Of a stretch of 64,000 bases of DNA, positions 49,301 through 61,300 are shown in pieces. The stretch comes from an uncultured Mollicutes bacterium (GTDB lineage: Bacteria; Bacillota_I; Bacilli_A; Acholeplasmatales; Anaeroplasmataceae). The stretch spans positions 90,062 to 154,061 of the forward strand of contig UQGR01000001.1 of NCBI GenBank assembly GCA_900540705.1, in the 5' to 3' direction. The notes under the pieces were generated by a model. That model was not told the origin of the DNA and did not search any database. It saw nothing but the letters and a program-made list of their open reading frames with translations. Positions within the stretch are counted from its first letter, which is position 1. Every line of letters starts with the position of its first letter. The position numbers and the translations under genes were made by a program.

Positions 49301-52300
49301 TATAAACTCTAATCCTGTCTTATAGAAAGCTTCGTTGGCAATATAATCAATATTTTTATTGAAGAAAATCTTCTTTAAGGCAGTAGTTCCTCTAAAGGCT
49401 TGTTCTTCAATTCTCTCAACAGTAGTTGCAAATTCATTTTCACCAAGCTTTACACCATCTTCATAGGTATAAAGAGTTGTCAAGTAAATACAATCGTCAA
49501 AAATACGTTTTGGGAATACACGAATATACTTAAATTCAATCCGCTCTAGTTTAGATTTTGCAAATACGTCATCACCAAAGGTGATTTGTTCTTCTGCCTC
49601 TAGGTTAACCCAAGTTGCATCAGAGCCATAGAATGCCTTATCTCCAATGGTCAATAAATTCTTAGATAGGATGATTTTTCCTATCACAGGATCATTAGCA
49701 TCATCAGATACCCAGGTATTCATAAATGCTTCCTCACGAATTTCTGTTACAGAAGAGGAGAAGACATTCATATCTAGTGCCTCTAAAGAATCATGGAAGT
49801 ATAATCCACTTAGAGAAGTACAGCCCTTGAACATACCCTTTGGAATAAAGGTTGTATGACTTAAGTAAGTCTCATTAAAGGTTGCCGTCTCTAAAGAGGT
49901 ACAATTTTCAAAGATATATTCCCCATATCCAGTTCCATCTGCAGAGGTAAGCTTGTCGCCCTGAAGTGTATATGGAAGGATAATGGATTGTAGACTCGTA
50001 CATCCTGCAAAGGCATAAGAGCCTAACGTTGTTAAATTCTGATAAGTATTAAAATCATCAGGAGAATATAGCTGGAATTCCTCTAAGGATTCACACTCAA
50101 AGAACGCATAATCATCAATCGTTATAAGCTCAAATGGAACCTTGTTATCCACTTCAACAATCGTTTCTGAAGGAACGCTATAGTAATCATCAGCAGTAAA
50201 GAATACATCATCACCATGATACTTCTTCCATTCCTTCACCTCATCAGAATCTCCTGGAGCAAACGGTGTCTGTCCTGGATGAACCTTACGATTGTAATTG
50301 TTATGAGAAATCCAGTAATAATCGTCATAGGTACCAAGCTTTGCATCCTCACCAACAAATACATGCTTGTCATCTGCTGTACCTAAAAGACCGTCAAAGC
50401 TCTTATTCAAATATTCTTTGTTTTCTACTACAGTTAAATACCAATCTCCATTATCTGCAAGAACTAAATTTCCAGAGCTTGCAGTAGTGTCATCTGCATC
50501 ACCAGGTCTGCAGTTTGCACCACCACAGATATAATCTGCATATAGATTTGTGTAAGCAGACGCACTCATGGCATATCTTTGGTAAATATTGTTATATTTA
50601 TGGAAGATATCATCTACCAAAGCATAGTATGCATATAAATCAGCACCAAGGATAGCGTTCAAATCGTCACCACCACCATAATACTTATCAGGTCCAACGA
50701 AGGTGGCCTTATAGCCAACACTATTTGGAAGATAACGAGTCACATTATAGTAGTCATCACTTGTACCAATTTCACCATCAGCACCTACAAACATTTGAAT
50801 ATCGTTATATCCTAAAATGTTTGCTGGAGAGGTGTAATAATTGCCAAATAACGTGTAGTAATAGTGGTTATTCACCTTAATAACAGTATCCACATCGTCT
50901 GAAGTACCAATCGTCCGGTCTGGACCTGCTGTAATCATTAGCTTTTCATTTTCGGCATTTAGTTTATAATTGCCTGTTGCTAAATCAAACTGGAAGTAAA
51001 TATTCTTATCTACTGCAGCATCTGCATAAGCGTATGCACGCTTATCCTCTTGACCTAAGATGGCCGTGATATCATCTGCAGTACCAAGTTCTCCATCTGC
51101 ACCAACAAATAAGGTATCCTTACTAGCCGTTGCATAGTTATAAATGGAGCCTAAGGTAGCCTTAGCACCCGCATCATCTAATCCTAAGTATAATAGGAAT
51201 TGCTTAATAGAGCCTGTTGTATAGGTATAATAGCTATTTGAATCATTAGGTAGATAATAGTGAGTTGCGCCATTCTGCTGTAAAGCTGTCAAAGTGACAT
51301 CCTCACGGTCACCAACTATATTGGAAGAATAAACAGCTACTCTTTGACCATCTACCATTTTTTCAATAAATTTAGTACCATTAAACTCAAATACATAATA
51401 GATATCCTTGACCGTATCATATGCATATGGCATTTCATCTGCACCTGCAACTACATCAGTCAAATCATCAGTTGAACCTAAAAGATGGTCTTCCTGAGCA
51501 AAGGTTGCAACACCATCTACTACCATATAATCATCGGCGGTATAGTATAAATTGTCCATACCCTTATGAACTTCAACATAAGTTGTAGTATCCGTGATAT
51601 CTGTAGTATGTACCATCTGGCTTTCCTCAAGGCTAATAATACCATCTGCAGTGGCCAATAAGTAATTATGATACTTAAATTCCACATAGGTAGAGGTAAT
51701 TGTAACAATATCCCCTTCGCCAGCGACTAAATCATTAGCGCTACCAACTACATAGGAGCCATTAGAATATCCTGCCGCAACATAGCTTGCCAATACTCCA
51801 TTTTCAATTCTACGATAAATATTTCCAGATACATGTTGATAGTAGGATGTCGTAGTAGCACCAGGTACGACATTTATAATATCATCGCTACCTGTGTTAG
51901 TATAATCAATTTGATTGTTTCTACCAAGATGACATAATACATCATCCTCACCATAGCCAAGTAATCCATCTTCTCCGGCAGCAGTATAAACCTCACTGCC
52001 AGCCACATGTAAGAATCTTGTAGCTGTACCAGCAATTTCTACTTCAACTACATTGATATCATCTGTAGAATCCAACTGCTGATTTTCTCCTAGACAGACA
52101 ATATATTCCACAGTATGGGTATTTCCATCTACTGGGCTATCCAATTCAATATATTTGGTATAGGTATTGTCACCATTGATATGATATAGGCCAATGGTTC
52201 CATCTAAATGAATTTCTGTAACATCTACATCTTTACCATTATATATTATATAGGTTGAGTCAGCATCACGATTAGAACCATACAGCATACCATCCTCACC

Positions 52301-55300
52301 ATAGCCACGACGTGCACTAGTAGTATCGATACGATAGTAAGCCTTTAAGGTCTCGCTGTAGAATGCTTCTACATCCTTTACATCACCTGGCTTATTATCT
52401 CTATATGCGGCAATAAAGCCTAAATCCTCATACGTATAGCTGCCATAAGAGCCTAAAATTTGATATTTTCTGAATACATTATGTCCTAATGCCTCATAGT
52501 AGAACGTCTTAGGTGTAGGAGAGCCTTCAACTACATAGGAGCCTGCAACCACCTGTGGGTCGTTTGCATCAGCCTTTTGATTCTCCATTAATAAATGTAG
52601 AGTATCATCAGCCGTATTGAACTTACCATCTTCTCCAAGCATTGTAAAGGTTCCATTATGATGGTCAATATATACAAGGCCATTATCTATGGATACAACA
52701 ATTCTAGGGGTTAAGGTTGGATCAACCTGACCATACTCATTTCCAACAAATCGATCACCAGATAAGGTTGAATTCCAGTATTGACCACTTGCAGCAAAGG
52801 AAATTTGCTGATAGGTGTTATCTCCATAATCTCTATAGAAATCATCTCCATATTTTGCAAGGGTATAATCTGAATCATTACCAATCTGGGTTGCACCTGC
52901 AGTAGCAACTAAAGTATCTGAATCAGTGCCTGTTAGAGTATTTCCTGTAACAGCATAATAGGTACCATCATGATTATTAATATAGAATTTACCATTATTA
53001 CCAATTACAACATTTAGATTGTTGTCCTCTGTAGTGGTTGGGTCACCATCTGGACCAGCACATACATAAGTATAAGAATAGCTTTGTAAATCTAATTTAT
53101 AATAGATATTGTAATTATGATAGTGATAGAATGCTCCATCCTCTTCACGACGAACAAATACTAATCCACCAATACTTTCAGAAGGTCTATCATCAATGAT
53201 ATAGGCATCATCTTCTGTACCTAAAATCTTGTCATCTCCAGGAACCTGATAAATACTATTGCTCAAATAGATAGCATAAGTACTATCACCTCTTAAATAG
53301 GTGGCATTCAGCTCCTGCTCATCCTTAATACAAATCAGGGTAGAAGCAAATTCGCCTGCACTATAGGTCCAACGATTATAGAAGTTTCCAGATAATAGCT
53401 GGTAGAAGGAACCATTTTCGTTAGCTTCTACCTCTATTAGTTCACTATCATGGAACACATAGATTGCTTCCTCTAGGGCACCATCTACAATCTTTTGGAG
53501 ACTATGATCAAGATTGATATAGTAATATACATTTTGAATTACCATAATAGAATCCGTAAAGCCATCTGCTGTACGATAAACTAAGGTCTTCGTCAATGCA
53601 TTCACATCGATGTGATAATATACGCCTGTTTCTAAATAGGAATAATATGCGCCGTCGATTTCCTCAACCACATACTCAACATCATCAATAGTAACCGTCT
53701 TCACATCATCAGCTGTACCTAGCTTACCATCAGCACCATAAGCATAAACGATGTTTCCAATTTGATAAGCATAGTTTCCACCTGCAAGCTCTAATACCTG
53801 AATGACTTGATTTTTATTTGCTAGAGAGAAGCTTCCTGTCTCATCACCTAAGAAATACTTGCCATAGGTAAAGCTATTGGTTGTAGAGTTATAAGTAACC
53901 TCTCTAAATAGGTTGATATCCTTATAGAGACTTCCATAGCCGATAACCTCATAATATGTATTCTCATGAACTAAAACAACGATATCATCAACCGTTTGAG
54001 CAACTAAATCTAAACCAATTAGCTTGAAGTGATTGCCAAAACGATAATAATCATCTGGAGTGCCTTCAATACCGTCTAAACCATTCTGTAATGTAATGGC
54101 ACTACTTTGAGCTCTTTGAACTAAATAGGTTATATATTCGGGGTCTCCGGGCAGAGGGTCCGTGGAACCAGAATCAGTTCCATCGGCAGGTACATCGCCA
54201 CCAGGATAATATCCGTTTGGTAACTCATAATGAATATCCTGAATGTAGTTAGAATGGAAGGTTACAGTTGTCAAATTTGTACACTTATTAAATGCACCCT
54301 TACTGATGACCTTGGTACTATAAGCGATAGAAACCTTCTTGAGCTTCTTATCCTCACTAAACATATATTCACCAAGAACTTCACATTTCAAAACAGCATT
54401 CACTAAATTGTTACTCTTTGCAAAAGAGTATTCACCAATCTCTGTAACAGAGCTTGGTACCACAATCTCAATCAATCCAGAATTATAGAAGGCTCTATCG
54501 CCGATATACTCTAGTTGAGAGGAAAGAGTAAGTTCTTCTAAGCTAACACAATTTAAGAAAGCTTCATGACCAATCCGCTGAACTGTATTAGCCATAACAT
54601 TTGTATTGTATAGGGTATAATCATATTTCACATAGGTATCTGTCTTTACCTGAGGTACAACGGCTTCTTCTTTTGGCTGTTCTACTTCTGCCTTCAAAAC
54701 ATTGAAATCCGTTGTGATTCCTAAAATATCATCTAAAGTACCTAGCTTACCATCTTTACCATATCCAAGATAGGATGGTTCATTGATGAAAGAAGCCAGT
54801 GGTAGGTAAAGATAATGAGTACCATCTTCACCTGTAATGATTTGAATATAGGTGTAAACCTCACCCTTAAGGGTAAGCTTACCATAATTTAATAATTCTT
54901 TATTGGCCTGAATTTGAGAATAGGTCAGCGTTCCATACTTTGCAAGGTCATCCTCTGTACCAATGATTTCATCAGCACCAGCACAGAAAATATCACCTAG
55001 AGTAAATAAGGTAGAACCCTCTTCAGGATCTAGAATTTCCTGATAGGTATTATCATTATAGGATACATAGCATTTGCCATCACTTACAACTACATTCCGA
55101 TAAAGAATAGAATCTGATATAGAGGTGATAGCTGAACTCTTAAAGCCTAGGAATATAATTTGATCATCCGTAGTTCCTAGTACTCCATCATTGCCAACTA
55201 CTTGATATAAATGGTATTTAGCATTGCTGATTGGAAGATATACAATATCCTTTTCATCAACTACTACTTCTTTTAATGTACCATCAATTAAACCATAGCG

Positions 55301-58300
55301 AGTTGGACCAAATGCATAATTCCAGGTGCCATCTATACTAGATTGTATTGTCAAGGTAGAATATGTGTTATTTAAATAGTCTCTATAGAATCTTCCTTGA
55401 ATCTTTGCAATCACAAAATCATCTGAGGTCTCAAAATTATTATCTGCACCGATACCGATTAAGATATCATCCTCTGTACCTAATAATCCATCTGGACCAT
55501 ACGCATAGAAGGTACCATCCTGATTGTCAATATAGAATTTATCACTGCGGATAACTCCAGAGGTAATATCATCTGCTGTACCAGCAGCCAAATCAGGTCC
55601 GCCACAAAGATAGTTTCCAGTCGCAATGAAGGTGCCACTATAGCCTACCTTTCTATATTCTGCAAAGACATTGTTAGATACATATCGATACTCATAGGTT
55701 GTCGTAGTAGCTTCAAAGATGAGTTCTCTTAGGTTTGCACAATCGGCAAACATACCCTCATAAATATCTGCAATACCTTCTCCAAAATAAGCTGTCACCA
55801 GACCAGAATTTTGGAATACATAAACACCGCAATCCTGTAAGGTGGAAGGAATACGAACCGTTTCTAAATTGGTAGTATCAATAAAGGCATAATCGCCAAT
55901 GCTCGTCAATCCTTCAAGCATATAAAGACTAGATAAACTAGATAATCCAGCAAACGCATATGCAGGTAAGGAGGTACCCGTGAAGTACACTTCAATGCTT
56001 GCAGGCAAATACCGAGTAGAGAATGCTGTTTCAGAGGATTGCGCACGATTTTCAATCATAGAATCCTTAGCTACTGTACCAAACAAATAACCAAAGTTAT
56101 TTGAACCAGCAACAAGTCCACTACTGCCATACTGGCCTAGCTTATTGATATATAGAGAATCTAAAGCGGTACAACCAGCAAATACGGCTTCGCCTACACT
56201 GATTACACTTCTTGCAAAATCCATCTGTCTTAAAGATGTACAATTTTCAAATGCGCTAGCCCCAATCGTTATATTTTGACCAAACAATTCAACATCAGAT
56301 AAATTAGGACAATCCTTAAACATAGAATTAGAGATAATAGAACCAAAAATGGTGGCTTTCGTCAATCTTTGATTGCTGGAGAAAGCACCTGTTCCAATCT
56401 CAGAAACAAGGTTAGATACCTCAACAGAGGAAATTCCAGTATTATGGAAGGAATTTGCTCCTAAGCGTGTTACATAGGCATCTAGATTAATATTTTCAAT
56501 GTCAACACAGTTGTAGAAAGCACCTTCTGTAATACCGACAGCTGTATTCTGACGTGTGTTCAAAATATTTACAGTTTTTAAAGTCGAAGGAATTTGATAA
56601 GCAATGCTTCTTCCGTTTGCCACAAAGGTTCTAGAAGGAGAAACTGTATCAAAAGCATTAGATCTAACATAGCGGTAGCTACCATTATGCCAGCCACCCT
56701 CATATTGGAAGAACCATGCACCTAATACACCTGTATGATATGCCGCTCCATTGGTCAATAATAAATGACTGGATGCAACAGAGCTAGCACCATTGCTAGT
56801 ACCAATAAATGGCACCGTCAAGGTTTGTAGATTTCTACAGTTATACATAGTACTTTCACGAATGGTCGTAACTGTACTTCCAATATTAATATCTGTCAAT
56901 GAGGTTGCAGACCAGAAAGCAAGATAAGGAATGATGCTTGCGTTAGTAACAGAAACCTTCTTCAAGGATTTAGGTAAATACCAATACTCAATCTTACATT
57001 CACCATCAACTGTAGAACCACCCCAGCCCATATAACAGTAATAATTTACCTGAACTCGATAGGATTTAGAAGCATCAGAATAGGCCTGACCTGAGGCGAT
57101 TGTTATACTTCTACCATAGCTTGAATAGTTTGGATAGGCATCCGTAGCTCCAAAGAACCAGCCAATGGTATATCTAGAATAGAAATATTGATGATAGTTG
57201 CCATAACCATTATAGTAGGAAGGAGATGCATTGTAGCCAACAAATGGCACTGATAAATCTTCAATATCTACATCCCAGAATATATTTCTACCTATCGTAG
57301 TAACTGTATTTGGTATTACAACAGAGGTTAGGCTAGAACACTTTGCAAAGGCATAGGTTCCAATACTAGTAATGTTAGATGGGAACTCAGGGAATTGCAG
57401 ACTTGAACAGCCATAGAAGGCATAGCTAGGAATACCATATGCAGCTAAACTTGTAGAGGCAGCAAAATATACATTTCGTAAATTCACACAATCCTTAAAC
57501 ATATAGCTTCCCATCACTCTTGTGTAAACTGTTGCGTAAAGAAGACCACTACAAGCCTCAAATGCTCTAGGGGCTATGCTGGTTACACTTTCAGGAATTA
57601 GCAATTCCTCCACACTAGCACAATTATAGAAGGCATATTCTCCTATGGTCTTAAGGGTTTTAGGTAAGATTAAGTTTGTCAAAGAGGTACAGCCATTAAA
57701 TGCATTAGCAGCAATATCAGTAACCTCCTGGAAATCTATAGTTGTAATTGCGGTACAGCCCATAAACATACTTGCACCAACTTTTTTATTGGTAAATAAG
57801 ATGGATTCAAGCTGATCACAGCCTACAAATACCTCACTATCAATCGTAACAAGATTTTCAGGAATAACGATAGAAATCAAGCTATCACAGTTATAGAAGG
57901 CTCTAGAATTTAACGTTGTCAAATTGTTAGGCATCGTTATGAAGGCCAAACTAGAACAATTCTCAAAGGCAGAGGTACCAATTTCTACAATGCTATCTGG
58001 TAAAACGATATCTGATAGATTGTAGCAATTATAGAACGCCTTTTGATTGATGGTTGTACAAATGGTACCCTCGCTACCATTTCCTTGATTTAAATCTACA
58101 GTAACTAATGCAACACATCCCTCAAAGGCAGAGGTTGAAACATACTTTACATTTTTCAAATGTACAATCTCTAAATTCGTACAATTTAGGAACATGTTTC
58201 TTCCCATTTCCTTACATTCTACTGTTGCGGTAGTTAAGCCTGTACAGTTTGCCAAAACATCACTACCGATTTCTGTAATCGTCTTAGGCACAGTGAAATT

Positions 58301-61300
58301 TCTTAAGCCTGTACAACCATAGAATGCATAATTTCCAAGAGTTGTTGCAGTAGTAGGAATATTGATAGATTGTAGCATTGTACAATTATAAAATGAGCCG
58401 TATAAAATATTATTTTCTTGCGTTACAATAACATTATTTAAGCTATTTGGAATGTAAGATACATAAGAACCAGAAGCTGAAAATTTGCTTGTAACTTGCG
58501 TAGAATTATCTGCCTGAGCACGCCCAAAGATATAGCCAAATACAGTTGTAGCAGATGGAGCTTCTGGATTTGTTGTAGGGTCATAAAGCTTATTTCCTAC
58601 AAATGGAATCGTCAGGGTATTCAAGCTAGTACAGCCATTAAATATACCCTCATTCATTAACTTAACTGTATCAGGAACCTTAAAGGAATCCAAGCTAGAA
58701 CAATTTGCAAAGGCATAGGTATCAATTGTCTCTAAATTTACTAGGGCACTCGTATCCACATTAGAAAGACTAGAGCAATTAGAAAAAGCATATTGACCGA
58801 TATAGGTGATAGGACTACCCAAAGTTAAATTTGTCAATCTTGTACAATCTGCAAACATATAATTTCCAACACGTACAAGGTTCAAGGTCACTGTATTTAA
58901 ATAGTCACAGCCCTCAAAGGAATGCTCTCCTATTGTGGTTGGATATTGTGCAGTTCCATCCTCGGCAACCGTTCCGATGGTAAGCTCATGTAGATTCTTG
59001 CAATCCTTGAACATATAATCGCTAATTTCAGAGGAACTAACCTCTACAGAATAAACACCAGTTTTAGAGAAAGCATACTCTCCAACTGAGGTTACATTCG
59101 CACCAACATACAAAGTGCTTGTATTTGTAGATGGACCGCAAAGCAGTTCATCATTGTAGAACATGTAAGGACTAATTTTACTATTATGGATAGTAGCATT
59201 TTGTAACCCAATACAGTTAGCAAAAGCATACTCTCCAACATTATCTCCAACTTCAGCAGGAATTGTTACCTCCTGTAGAACAATACAGTTAAAGAACATA
59301 TATGGAGCAATCTTCTTACATGCATTCAAATCCACTTCTCTTAAAGCAAGAGAATAGGCAAAAGCTAGGTTTCCTACTTCTTCGACACTAGAAGGAATAG
59401 AAATAGATACCAAGCTAGATCTATAGAACGCATGAGTAGGGATTTCTACGGTCGTAGGATTCAATACTAGCTGAGTAAGCTTGCTATCATTGGCAAACAT
59501 AAATTCGCCTAAGGCATTCGTCAAAAGATTTACATTTGTAAGCTCTGTACAGTTAGCAAAAGCATGAGTTTCCACTTTACGAATTGTACTCTTAAGCTCA
59601 ATATTTACTAAGGCTGTACAGCCGTCAAACATATAGGCACCAAGAGTAGGACAATCTAAAGTTATATTCTTCAGCATTACACAATTTGCAAAGGCAGAGT
59701 TCTTCTCTACCGTCTTATTTACAATTTTTTCTGTATTTGCCGTATAGTCAAATTCATAGGTACTAATATTTTCTTCCGTACGCTTTATGACGTTAGAAGC
59801 ATTTGAACCAATATAAATCCCTTCCAAATATGGGCAGTTATAGAACATTCTATAGCTTATATCCTTAGAATTGACACTCGCAAAGGTCAATTCCTGCATA
59901 TTTGCAAAGGCATAATCGCCAACCGTATTAACTGCATTGGTAAGTCTTATCTCTGGGAATGCAGTATTATAGAATGCATAAGAGCCAATAGACTGGACAG
60001 AACTTACAAATTCACCCTCATGGTTTGGCTCATAAGATAGAATTGACAAGGTTGAAAGCTTCACACAATCTCTGAAGTACTCATCTGGAATTTGAGTCAC
60101 AGGATCCTCTGGTGCAAAGTTGATGGTCGTCAAACTACTACAGCCAGCAAAGAAACCAGGAGTTAAGACATTCTTCCTTAAGAAATTAACAGTAGACAAT
60201 AAGGTTGCATCTCTTAAGAAATCAATTCCACAGGATTCAAAAAGGTCACCAGGAATTGTAATCACTTCAATGTTTGAACAGCCCTTTAAAATGCCATCCC
60301 CTAAAGTGATCTGTTCTGTTGCCAAAGAAAAATCAAAGGATACCATACCTCTACAATCGTTAAAGGCATAGGAATCAATGGTTGTTACATTTTTCGGAAG
60401 AATAAACGTAGCAAGGTTTGTATTACTAAATGCACGTTCTCCGATTCTCGTAATTGTCAAGCTAGTAGAAATATCTTCATAGCTTGGATATAAGGTTACA
60501 AAGCTTAATGCGTTACAGCTTTGGAAAGCAAAATCAGGGATTTCAGGAGTATTATCACTGATTCTTGCAGAAACCAAAGAGGCACAATCTTTGAAGATTC
60601 CAACACTTAAATTGTCAGCACGTACCGTAGCTGTAATTAAATTCTGACAGCTTAGGAAGGTGTACTCTCCAATCGTTGCACAGGTCTTAGGTACATCTAC
60701 TGATTCAAGACCATCACAATTGTAGAAAGCATATCTACCTAAAGATTCTAGGCTATCTCCTAAAGACACACCTCTTAAAGCTGTATAAGAGTATCCATTC
60801 GCTAAGGTTACATCATTTGCAAAAGCATAATCACCAATTGTTTTTACATTCTGCATACGTAGATTATCATTGGTATCATAATCCACGCGGAAAGCATTTC
60901 TAAAGGCATTCGCTCCTACATAGGTTAAATCATTCATATATTCAGCTATTTGAACAATTTGTCTGCCATTATTTGCTGAACTAGTATAGAACGCATTTGC
61001 TCCTATGTACTGAAGATTTGAACATAAGGATAAGTCAAACTTTGTATACTCAAAAGCGGAATATGTCCGGTTTGCATTCCATGCCCAAAAGGTTGTAATA
61101 CCTTGTGAAAAAGCATTCGCTTCTATTCTCAATAATGTTTTTGGAAGTTTTATTACAGATGGAGAGATGATGTTATAATGACGGCATCCATCAGAATAAA
61201 GCTGTGGAGAATAATGAGATGCAATACTACTTCCGATTCTCGTTACTGTATAACCTGCATAAGTTGATGGGATTTCAATTGCTGGAGAACCATTATCGGT

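Larger units (their letters stand above)
21780..50110 (-). repeat. LRR block 2 of gene A (about 9,400 aa), organised in super-repeats of roughly 300-400 aa, each closed by an 'xxPF[VI]G(x)8-20[LV]FG[YWF]IFG' insertion (about 25 copies)
   Basis: From 'DDYAFFECESLEEF' (about 50105) to 'ESLFGFIFGRDFY' (encoded at 21745..21783, verified by hand translation). Instances include EGLFGWIFGSEP, EGLFGWIFGGTI, ETLFGYIFGENK, DSLFGYIFGHTR and others. Confidence 0.7.
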
